A stretch of 64,000 bases of DNA from Thermoproteota archaeon (GTDB taxonomy: Archaea > Thermoproteota > Thermoprotei_A > Sulfolobales > Ignisphaeraceae): positions 1 to 64,000 of the forward strand of contig JAUQPB010000002.1 of assembly GCA_030550585.1 (NCBI GenBank), read 5' to 3'. Under the pieces are notes generated by a model. The model was not told where the DNA came from and did not search any database. It was given only the letters and a program-made list of their open reading frames with translations. Below, in pieces: positions 55,343 through 64,000 of the stretch (within the stretch, counting starts at the first letter, position 1; each line of letters starts with the position of its first letter). The translations under genes were made by a program, and so were the position numbers.

Positions 55343-55984
55343 CTAGACCTCTATATTTGCATGCCTCTTCCTAAGCTCTTCCTCATTCTTCCCAAGTCTA
55401 TGCATGAGCTCGGCTATAACAGCATCGAGAAACACCATGGTACAATCCTCAAAAAGTGTTCCAAGAGGGGCTAGCGGCTCATGCAATCCCAGTACTTGTC
55501 TAGCAAAATAGTCTTCTACTTCACTTATCTTTGTTCTTCCAGGAACCTCAACCACGACATCAGCTATTTTTGCTAATGGAGAATCTATATAGGTCGTTAT
55601 CGCAATAACAGTTGCATTAACCTTTTTAGCAGCTTCAGCAGCTGTTATAATCAATGCCGTTCTTCCAGAGCCGGAAATAGCTACAACAACATCGCCTTTT
55701 TCGACGGGCGACACAATGGTGTCTCCTAGCACATAAACGTCATAGCCAAGGTGCTTTAGTCTCATAGCAAAGGCTCTTCCAACAAGACCGCTTCTGCCAG
55801 CGCCCATCACAAGAACTCTTTTGTTTTCTTTATAAGCCTCCTCCAAAACCTTTATGAAAGCCTCGACCTGATTTTTTTTGAGTACCGATAAGGATCCCAT
55901 CACAAAATTGGCTATCTGTAAAAAGGCTCTGTAAAACATTGGTAGAGACTCAGCTAATTCAGGATTGCTCAATATTTTCCGCAC
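55343..55984 (-). CDS. phi: 6-phospho-3-hexuloisomerase
   Basis: [33 protein letters not shown]. Confidence 0.94.
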   Translation of the reverse strand: MRKILSNPELAESLPMFYRAFLQIANFVMGSLSVLKKNQVEAFIKVLEEAYKENKRVLVMGAGRSGLVGRAFAMRLKHLGYDVYVLGDTIVSPVEKGDVVVAISGSGRTALIITAAEAAKKVNATVIAITTYIDSPLAKIADVVVEVPGRTKISEVEDYFARQVLGLHEPLAPLGTLFEDCTMVFLDAVIAELMHRLGKNEEELRKRHANIEV

Positions 55985-56116
55985 CTGTAGCGAAACCCCA
56001 ATTTCTGGTGAATAAAATAAAAGTTTTTATAAAAAATAGACCTTAATATAAAATAAAACATCGGAATACAGCAATAAAACTCAAAAGCTTTCCGCAGTAA
56101 TATAAATTTGGGTTGG

Positions 56117-56193
56117 GCCGCCGTAGCTCAGCTCGGTAGAGCGCCGGCCTTGTAAGCCGGTGGTCGCGGGTTCAAATCCCGCCGGCGGCTCCA
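56117..56193 (+). tRNA. tRNA-Thr(TGT)
   Basis: ccggc-CT TGT AA-gccgg, CCA. Confidence 0.95.
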
Positions 56194-56381
56194 GCAATTG
56201 AATGAACTCAACTCCTTCTAAAACACTTCTGAAATCATATTGCATGTGATGGATATCGACCATGCAATTGCCGGAGGCATCTATAAGAGTCAATGACTTT
56301 TACACATCCTTTAAATAGAAAGAAACCTGCACCAGTATAACTACTACTAGAACGGTAGGTTTCTAGAAACCTGGTTCTTGA

Positions 56382-56606
56382 AAACTTCTAGAGCATATAG
56401 TTCTAGAAGCTACAGAACTAGGCTATGGAACATGCTGGATTGGTGCATTTGATGAAGCTGAAGTCAAGAAGATTCTGAATATACCGGATAGATACAGAGT
56501 TGTAGCATTAATAACAATAGGTATAGCTTCAGAATCACCATCACCAAGACCTCGAAAACCGCTGAAAGAGATAGTATCTCTAAACATCTTTGGCAACCCA
56601 TGGTGA
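56382..56606 (+). pseudogene. Nitroreductase C-terminal fragment
   Basis: LEHIVLEATELGYGTCWIGAFDEAEVKKILNIP..VVALITIG..PRPRKPLKEIV; in-frame TGA at 56379, N-terminal half absent. Confidence 0.8.
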
Positions 56607-56985
56607 TTACTCAATAAATATTGCACCAGATGATAGCGATATCTAAAGCATTTATGCTACACCTAACTCTAATCTAGCATAACGATATAGCTAAGCGTCT
56701 TTGGATAGAGATTGATGTACAGTATCCATGCTGTATAGAGTGTAATTGATTATCCAGAATCTCCTATCGAGATCCAGTAAACCAGGGTTCTAGAACTAAG
56801 TGTCTCAAGCTCTATTTGAAGTAGATCTATTGACTAGATACACCACCATCATTATCATAGGGATAGAGATACACCATTGTATCTCTATAGCGATAGATTT
56901 TTTAGCCTAGATCTATCGAGATAGACTTGGTGTAGAGTTTTGTCGAATTTTTGAGAAGCCTAAGCTCTATGTCTATGCACCACCT

Positions 56986-57795
56986 ATGATATCTCTCTTT
57001 TCAGCTATACTCTATGGTTTAGCTGCTCTTACCAACTATTTTACTGGTGAAGATCAGTACCTCTGGGAAAGTATCGTATATACGCTCTATTCTCTAGGTT
57101 TTCTAGGACTCTATGTGCTACTCTCAATTATTGCTGCATTAGAGCCTCGTCTAGAGGTCTACATGGTTGGTTTAGGTCTTGTAGCATCTATCTATGCTAT
57201 CTATCCAGCAATTGTCTTAATGGTTTTTGGCGGTATCGTGATATATGCTATAATGTTTTTCTATCTAATGGTATCTGTCACATATCACCCAAAGGTCTAT
57301 GGATACAGTAGGTTCTGGGGTATACCGAAGATTCTTCCAATCATAGTTGGTGCTCCAGTAGCTACTCGTGAGCTAGCTACAATAGTTTGGGAGATATATA
57401 ATCTACATAAGGTTCCTAACATGGAGCCACTAACAACACTAACTCTAGCGATATTGGTTCCAGTACTAATCATGTGTCTAGGAGATATACCTCCCTATAG
57501 AAGGATGGTGAAAATTCTACAGCTACTCGCTATAGCTATAGCAACTATAGCTTACCTATGGCTACTTCGCATAGAGATAGCAGGGTTCCGGATACCCCAT
57601 ATAGTGCTTCAGAAACTAGAAGAATACAGAGCTATAGATATGTTTGAGAAAGGGTTTAGAGCTATAGGGATGCTAGGTCTTTTAGCTTCAGTAGCAACAT
57701 TTGTAGAAGTATTGAAGCATAGCGCAGATGTAAAGAGCTATAAAAAGAAGAGACAAAGAGCTATAGAATCGGTAGAAGAAGTAGAGCTGGTGTAG
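56986..57795 (+). CDS. Multi-pass membrane protein
   Basis: About 7-8 hydrophobic segments, basic C-tail. Confidence 0.7.
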   Translation: MISLFSAILYGLAALTNYFTGEDQYLWESIVYTLYSLGFLGLYVLLSIIAALEPRLEVYMVGLGLVASIYAIYPAIVLMVFGGIVIYAIMFFYLMVSVTYHPKVYGYSRFWGIPKILPIIVGAPVATRELATIVWEIYNLHKVPNMEPLTTLTLAILVPVLIMCLGDIPPYRRMVKILQLLAIAIATIAYLWLLRIEIAGFRIPHIVLQKLEEYRAIDMFEKGFRAIGMLGLLASVATFVEVLKHSADVKSYKKKRQRAIESVEEVELV

Positions 57796-57814
57796 CAAGA
57801 TAGAGCCACTAGAG

Positions 57815-60800
57815 CTTTCTACTCCCTTTCGGGAGTTTCTAGGTCTGTACCTAGCGCTCGGTCTCGCGTTTGGAGCATTCGACTTTCTACTCCCTTTTGG
57901 GAGTTTCTGTAAGTTCGAAATGTTTCCAGCATCAGACAAAGTGACTGTGACTTTCTACTCCCTTTTGGGAGTTTCATACTTGCTGTAGCTAAGTGCGTAG
58001 ATGTAGACAAGCTCATGACAACTTTCTACTCCCTTTTGGGAGTTTCTAGTTTACGCGTACTTAGATGCACCTGTGCAAATAAAAATCGAGACCTTTCTAC
58101 TCCCTTTTGGGAGTTTCATCTATTAAAAAACTAAAAGAGAGAATCAGACAAGAACATACCTTTCTACTCCCTTTTGGGAGTTTCCTAGCGTTAGGGTAGT
58201 CAAGGTGGTGGTGCCTCAAGTTGTTAAGCCCACTTTCTACTCCCTTTTGGGAGTTTCGCCAACGAGTTGCCAGAGGTAATCGAAGATATTTACGCCTACT
58301 GGAGGCTTTCTACTCCCTTTTGGGAGTTTCATGCATCTAATGCTGAACTCAATAGAAATAGTGCAAGAGATTTAACTATACTTTCTACTCCCTTTTGGGA
58401 GTTTCTCTGATATATGACACTCTAAGTGCAATAATTCAAGCATTTATACGCCTTTCTACTCCCTTTTGGGAGTTTCTGATGATATTGCTGTTGTTCTTGG
58501 TACATCGCTACTTGGATTGAAGCTTTCTACTCCCTTTTGGGAGTTTCCCGGACGGGGGCCCATGGCGAAGATATATATGTTTTGACCGAATCAGCATATC
58601 TATTCTTTCTACTCCCTTTTGGGAGTTTCACAATTAACAATCCCGATTTTAGTGTCTATATGCTTAGAAACAAAAACTTTCTACTCCCTTTTGGGAGTTT
58701 CATAGAGCTCTACATTGCTTCTCAATATCAGCAGAGTACTCTGTCCTTTCTACTCCCTTTTGGGAGTTTCCCAGACAAATATCATGTTATACTACGAGAT
58801 GTTGTTAATAAATTAACTTTCTACTCCCTTTTGGGAGTTTCGCTGAAATTGTGCATCCATTAGATACAGTTGAAACATTATTAACCTTTCTACTCCCTTT
58901 TGGGAGTTTCATTCAGTACAGAGGGTGGGGAGAAGGATGGAGTTGCGTGAATTCACTTTCTACTCCCTTTTGGGAGTTTCATTGTTCATACACCTCCCCC
59001 CACCCATAAACATCACCACACTATACTCCTTTCTACTCCCTTTTGGGAGTTTCCGAGTATCTTCTTGAATATGCTCAACAAGAAATCGAACGGTTCTTTC
59101 TACTCCCTTTTGGGAGTTTCCAATCCTTCACGAGCGTTCTTCAGTATATCCGTCTTTAATTCCCACTTTCTACTCCCTTTTGGGAGTTTCAAAACGGTAT
59201 GTTGTAGTACATAGCAACATCACCTACCACCCTATTCTTTCTACTCCCTTTTGGGAGTTTCGCTATTACATGCACATATACATCACAGACAATATCAGGT
59301 TATTCAGCTTTCTACTCCCTTTTGGGAGTTTCCAATAGAAAACTATTGATGATTGAATTATATTGCAGAGATACTGGTCTTTCTACTCCCTTTTGGGAGT
59401 TTCGCAGAGCGGGGTTTTTATATGTTTTTTGAATTGAATGTATATACACTTTCTACTCCCTTTTGGGAGTTTCAGTGCTGACTTTATAGCGATAACAAAA
59501 GACACTATATATGTGCAGCTTTCTACTCCCTTTTGGGAGTTTCTTATATGTAGAGACAGTATCGTTGCAGTCAATTCAGATTCAGTCTTTCTACTCCCTT
59601 TTGGGAGTTTCGAAGCCAAAGAAAACATAGAGGAAAACATACTGGTTATGAAGATAACTTTCTACTCCCTTTTGGGAGTTTCCCATCAATTGATGAATGG
59701 TATGAGTGGATGGTTGATGTATTATCAGCTTTCTACTCCCTTTTGGGAGTTTCAGCTCAACCCTATTGATGTTGAGAAATTCCTCTCTAGACTTAGACTT
59801 TCTACTCCCTTTTGGGAGTTTCGAGACATATCTAAAGCTGAAGAAAATATACATTGATCCGCCAAAGAACCTTTCTACTCCCTTTTGGGAGTTTCGAGTT
59901 TCAGAAATCGAAAGAGATCAATGTTGGTCGACCATCAAGTCCATTCGTCTTTCTACTCCCTTTTGGGAGTTTCAAAAGAACGTTGATAAAATCGATTTTT
60001 TGAGGGATTATCTCAAACATCTTTCTACTCCCTTTTGGGAGTTTCGTAACACAGACCATAAAGTCGAGACATCTAATCACCACTCTAACGGATATCTTTC
60101 TACTCCCTTTTGGGAGTTTCTATCTGTGGATGTGCTAAAGATCTACGGTGAGCTTGGTAGATACTCTTTCTACTCCCTTTTGGGAGTTTCAGATAGAATA
60201 GACTATATAACATTCTTATTAGCAGAGAAGATACAGAATCTCTTTCTACTCCCTTTTGGGAGTTTCCTAATGCTTTCTTTACCTCAACAAGAACCTCGAG
60301 TATGATATCTTTCTACTCCCTTTTGGGAGTTTCTTGATCCACCGGTCTATGTGTTGAGATACGAAAGATCCTGCTCCTTTCTACTCCCTTTTGGGAGTTT
60401 CTGTGTATTATGTTCATTATGATAGTAAGAGCGGTAAGTTGCTTTCTACTCCCTTTTGGGAGTTTCGTTGTATATGAGTTGTTCATAGTATATCCTTTTT
60501 CTGCATAGATCGCTTTCTACTCCCTTTTGGGAGTTTCTTATACAGATCCACTAGATTGATTTCTTTTGCTTTCTTTTCTCTCTTTCTACTCCCTTTTGGG
60601 AGTTTCCTATGTGTTTCAGAATCTTCTGATGCATAGAAATATAAATAGTACTCCTTTCTACTCCCTTTTGGGAGTTTCTTTGCTAGCTCTTATTCAACGA
60701 TAGAGAGATTAGCTAAGGATATAGTCTTTCTACTCCCTTTTGGGAGTTTCATCTGAAACTGAATTTGTAAATGTTGTTGAAAAATTAAAAAACGAAATCT

Positions 60801-61036
60801 TTCTACTCCCTTTTGGGAGTTTCGGAGAATAGTCCTCAAGCTTTGGGGTCTTGATAGTAAGCACGAGAAAACCTTTCTACTCCCTTTTGGGAGTTTCTAG
60901 AGAATGGAAGCTTGTTGCACTTAAAAATGAAAATGAGTTCGTTGACTTTCTACTCCCTTTTGGGAGTTTCATAGAGGGGAGAGGCTGGAGCCGGCAAGAA
61001 GAGTCAGGAGTCTTTCTACTCCCTTTTGGGAGTTTC
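57815..61036 (-). CRISPR. CRISPR array, 46 repeats / 45 spacers (about 40-57 nt)
   Basis: 25-bp repeat CTTTCTACTCCCTTTTGGGAGTTTC (minus strand GAAACTCCCAAAAGGGAGTAGAAAG, ends GAAAG); leftmost repeat has one substitution (trailer end); counted by eye. Confidence 0.98.
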
Positions 61037-61445
61037 TGGTATAGCTACCTCAGGTCTAGTGTTAGCGTCATTCATAGCATGTAGGCTTAAGAAACCTCTA
61101 TCTTATGTTAGGATAGACAGAAAGATCCACGGTACACAGTCTATTGTTGAAGGTGTTGTAGAATCAAAAAACTGTTTAATAGTAGATGATGTAGCAACTA
61201 CTGGAGGATCTATAGAACATGCATATAACGCCATAAAGGAGGTTAGGGGTATGCCAACAGCAGCATTAGTGGTTGTAGATAGAGAACAAGGAGCAAGAAA
61301 GAAGATAGAGTCACTCGGTATGAAATTCTATAGCTATATTAATGTATCAAACATCTTCAAGTATCTTTATGAAAAAGGATTAATCGATACAAGAACCTAT
61401 GACGAAGTTATTAACTATATTAAGCGTTTTAGTCAAGATCTATAG
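61037..61445 (+). pseudogene. pyrE: Second pyrE, lacking N-terminal ~60 codons, fused to CRISPR repeat
   Basis: [21 protein letters not shown] aligns to residue ~63 onward of the first PyrE. Confidence 0.88.
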
Positions 61446-61524
61446 ACAGTGCCCAAAGAGTTCATCATTGTAGACAGAAATGTTTTATAGTTTACAGATA
61501 GTAGCATTAGATTTGGGCATAAAG

Positions 61525-62454
61525 ATGATCACATCATTTAAAAATAGAGATGTGGTATCAATACTGGACTTCACTAGGGAAGAACTCGAGACATTGTTTG
61601 AGTATGCAGATAAATTCCGCAAAGTTGAGGGAAAACTGAATCTACTAAACGGAAAGGTGGTTTCTCTCGCTTTTTTTGAACCATCTACTCGTACAAGGCT
61701 CAGTTTTGAAGTAGCAGCAAAACGTCTAGGTGCAGATGTTGTATCAATCATAGGTGAGGAAGCCTCCAGTATAGCTAAAGGCGAAAACTTGGCAGACACA
61801 ATACGTATGCTTGATGCATATTCCAATATTATAATTCTAAGACATAGATATGAAGGAGCAGCAAAATATGCTGCAGAAATAGCCGAAAACCCTGTTATCA
61901 ATGCTGGCGATGGTATTCAACATCATCCAACACAAGCTATGATCGATCTATATACAGTAAAGACACTCTTCGGATCAATCGATGGATTAGTGTATGTTGT
62001 TTTAGGGGATCTTAGATATGGAAGAGCAGCAATGTCATTCATATATGGTCTTTCTCTATATAAGCCCAAGAAGTTGTATGTAGTTGCTCCTCAACTATTA
62101 CGTATACGTAACGAAGTTCTACAAATACTGAAAGAAAGAGGTCTACCTATCGAAGAGAAAAATGATGTGAGAGAAATAATCAGTGAAGCAGATGTTCTAT
62201 ATGTTACACGTATCCAGAGAGAAAGGTTTCCAGATCCTATGGAGTACGAAAAAGTTAGAGGTTCGTATATTGTTACACTAGATCTTCTAGAGAAAGGTAA
62301 GTCTACATTAAAAGTTCTACACCCTCTACCAAAAGTAGATGAAATAGACCATAAAGTTGATACATCAAGATATGCAGCCTACTATCTTCAAGCTAGATTA
62401 GGTGTACCAGTAAGAATGTCTTTATTATCCCTAGTTTCTGGTGTAGAGATATGA
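61525..62454 (+). CDS. pyrB: Aspartate carbamoyltransferase catalytic subunit (second copy)
   Basis: [16 protein letters not shown]. Confidence 0.96.
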   Translation: MITSFKNRDVVSILDFTREELETLFEYADKFRKVEGKLNLLNGKVVSLAFFEPSTRTRLSFEVAAKRLGADVVSIIGEEASSIAKGENLADTIRMLDAYSNIIILRHRYEGAAKYAAEIAENPVINAGDGIQHHPTQAMIDLYTVKTLFGSIDGLVYVVLGDLRYGRAAMSFIYGLSLYKPKKLYVVAPQLLRIRNEVLQILKERGLPIEEKNDVREIISEADVLYVTRIQRERFPDPMEYEKVRGSYIVTLDLLEKGKSTLKVLHPLPKVDEIDHKVDTSRYAAYYLQARLGVPVRMSLLSLVSGVEI

Positions 62455-62933
62455 GTTCAGAAAACATACACACGTTGGTGGTTCCAAAAATACTGAATGG
62501 AACTGTCATCGATCATATACCAGCAGGTAGAGCTCTAGACATACTAAAGGTATTGAATATAACTGGAGGAGAAGGCTGGAGAATAGCGGTACTATTGAAT
62601 GTTGAGAGCAAGAAGTTAGGTAGAAAAGATATAATAAAAATAGAGCGTAGAAAATTAACTTCAGCAGAAGTAAACGTCATAGCACTCATAGCTCCTACAG
62701 CAACTATAAACATTATCGAAAATTTTGTTGTAGTCGAGAAGTTTAAGGTAAATGTGCCAGAGGTTATAGAGGGTGTAATTAGATGTCCGAATCCTACATG
62801 TATATCGAATAAAGAACGAGAACCAGTAAAGTCTAGGTTTAGAACATTATCAAAGGATCAGCTTATATTTCGTTGCGAATATTGTTCAACCATTGTAACT
62901 AGAGATGATATACTAAAGCTTATCATAAGATGA
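62451..62933 (+). CDS. pyrI: Aspartate carbamoyltransferase regulatory subunit (second copy)
   Basis: [21 protein letters not shown]. Confidence 0.95.
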   Translation: MSSENIHTLVVPKILNGTVIDHIPAGRALDILKVLNITGGEGWRIAVLLNVESKKLGRKDIIKIERRKLTSAEVNVIALIAPTATINIIENFVVVEKFKVNVPEVIEGVIRCPNPTCISNKEREPVKSRFRTLSKDQLIFRCEYCSTIVTRDDILKLIIR

Positions 62934-63716
62934 ATGTTATGTCTATTAAACCTGCCAAAATATTAAGAATAGATAGAATAGCTGAAAATACGTATCTCTT
63001 AGCTGTAGAATTATTTACGCATATGGACAATATTTCTCCGTTCAATTTTTATGGTTTGGGTACCTCGCGTAGATGAAATACCCTTAAGTATAGCATTTTT
63101 GGATAACAACATTATATATTTTCTATTCAAAGTTAAAGGTCTAGGTACAGAAACACTCTCTAAAATGTGTAAAGGTGAGATAGTAGGTTTAAAGGGGCCT
63201 CTAGGTAGAGGTTTTATCGTTGAAGACTATACGAAAAGTGTACTAGTGATAGCTGGAGGTATAGGTATAGCTCCCATCCCTTTCTTCATATATAGGTCAA
63301 AATACAAGAAGCTCGATGTTGTATGGGGAGTTAAACGAAGAGAAGAACTTTTTGATTTAAATATATTTAATCAAGATATTGGAGATAGGTATAGATTATT
63401 TATGGCAACAGAAGACTGTAGCTATGGTTTTTGTGGAACAGCTTTAGAGAGGCTAAAGAATATTCCACTAGAAGATTATGACATCATATTAGCAGTAGGA
63501 CCACAACCTATGTTGAAAGGTGTATGCGAATACATAAGAAACACTAACCTAGAAGCATATGTAGCTCTTGAAACAATGGTTAAATGCGGTATAGGTCTAT
63601 GTGGTAGTTGCTTCATTAGATCATCAAACAAGCTTCTCTGTATAGATGGACCAGTATTTAGATGTGATGAGGTGATACAGCATCTTGGAAAGACTAATAA
63701 TAGCAAAAACATATGA
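62930..63716 (+). pseudogene. pyrK: Second pyrK with frameshift at T-run 63046-63050
   Basis: Frame from ATG 62930 reads ..KPAKIL..ISPFNF then shifts to [13 protein letters not shown]. Confidence 0.75.
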
Positions 63717-64000
63717 AGATGGTTATTTGAAAGAGATAATGGTGTTAGTTAATAAAGGTATTGTTGAAAGAAGATTTAACTATATCGACAAGAATCTATG
63801 TAGAGATTATGAATGTATAGATCTTCGTGCTAAAGGCATACTTCTCCCAGGGTTCATAGATATCCACGTACATTTACGTGGACTTAAACTTAGTTATAAA
63901 GAAGATGAAGAAAGCGGTACGAAGGCTGCTTCTAGAGGTGGTTTTACAGCTGTTGTAGATATGCCTAACACTTTACCACGAATAGATAACAAACAAGCTC
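63685..64000 (+). CDS. pyrC: Dihydroorotase (second copy, 3' truncated by window)
   Basis: TTG start after GGTGA; PGFIDIHVHLRG, DMPNT. Confidence 0.9.
   Translation, partial: MERLIIAKTYEDGYLKEIMVLVNKGIVERRFNYIDKNLCRDYECIDLRAKGILLPGFIDIHVHLRGLKLSYKEDEESGTKAASRGGFTAVVDMPNTLPRIDNKQA

Noticed and set aside
61026-61036. TTG start for the second pyrE in the ORF track
   Set aside because: The codon is inside the CRISPR repeat, and the product lacks the conserved N-terminal PyrE motifs.
57688-61084. ORFs containing LLPFGSF / LSTPFWEF / KLPKGSRK repeats
   Set aside because: Translations of CRISPR repeats and spacers.

Overview
Core chromosome of a hyperthermophilic crenarchaeon (Thermoproteota; Cren7, a 16S-23S operon with no linked tRNA or 5S, and gene content suggest Desulfurococcales, possibly Ignisphaera-like; taxonomy is inference). 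1-56200 is housekeeping: glyA, XerA-like recombinase, aRF1, WhiP-like protein, tungstate ABC transporter with ModE-like regulator, rRNA operon, argS, glyS, TFB, pyr operon, ribosomal protein cluster and 9 tRNAs (one with a variable-loop intron). I found two small genes absent from the ORF track (Cren7, Rpo12), five C/D-box guide RNA candidates with assignable targets, and an H/ACA-type hairpin just upstream of the 16S gene whose pocket is complementary to 16S helix 31 (possible cis-acting guide in the pre-rRNA leader). After tRNA-Thr (~56200) the sequence style changes: a nitroreductase fragment, a membrane protein, and a 46-repeat CRISPR array with no cas genes in the window, whose presumed leader end runs straight into the middle of pyrE of a second, divergent pyr operon. 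That junction is either an assembly artefact/contig join or an unusual event at the array. All calls are by eye, without database searches.
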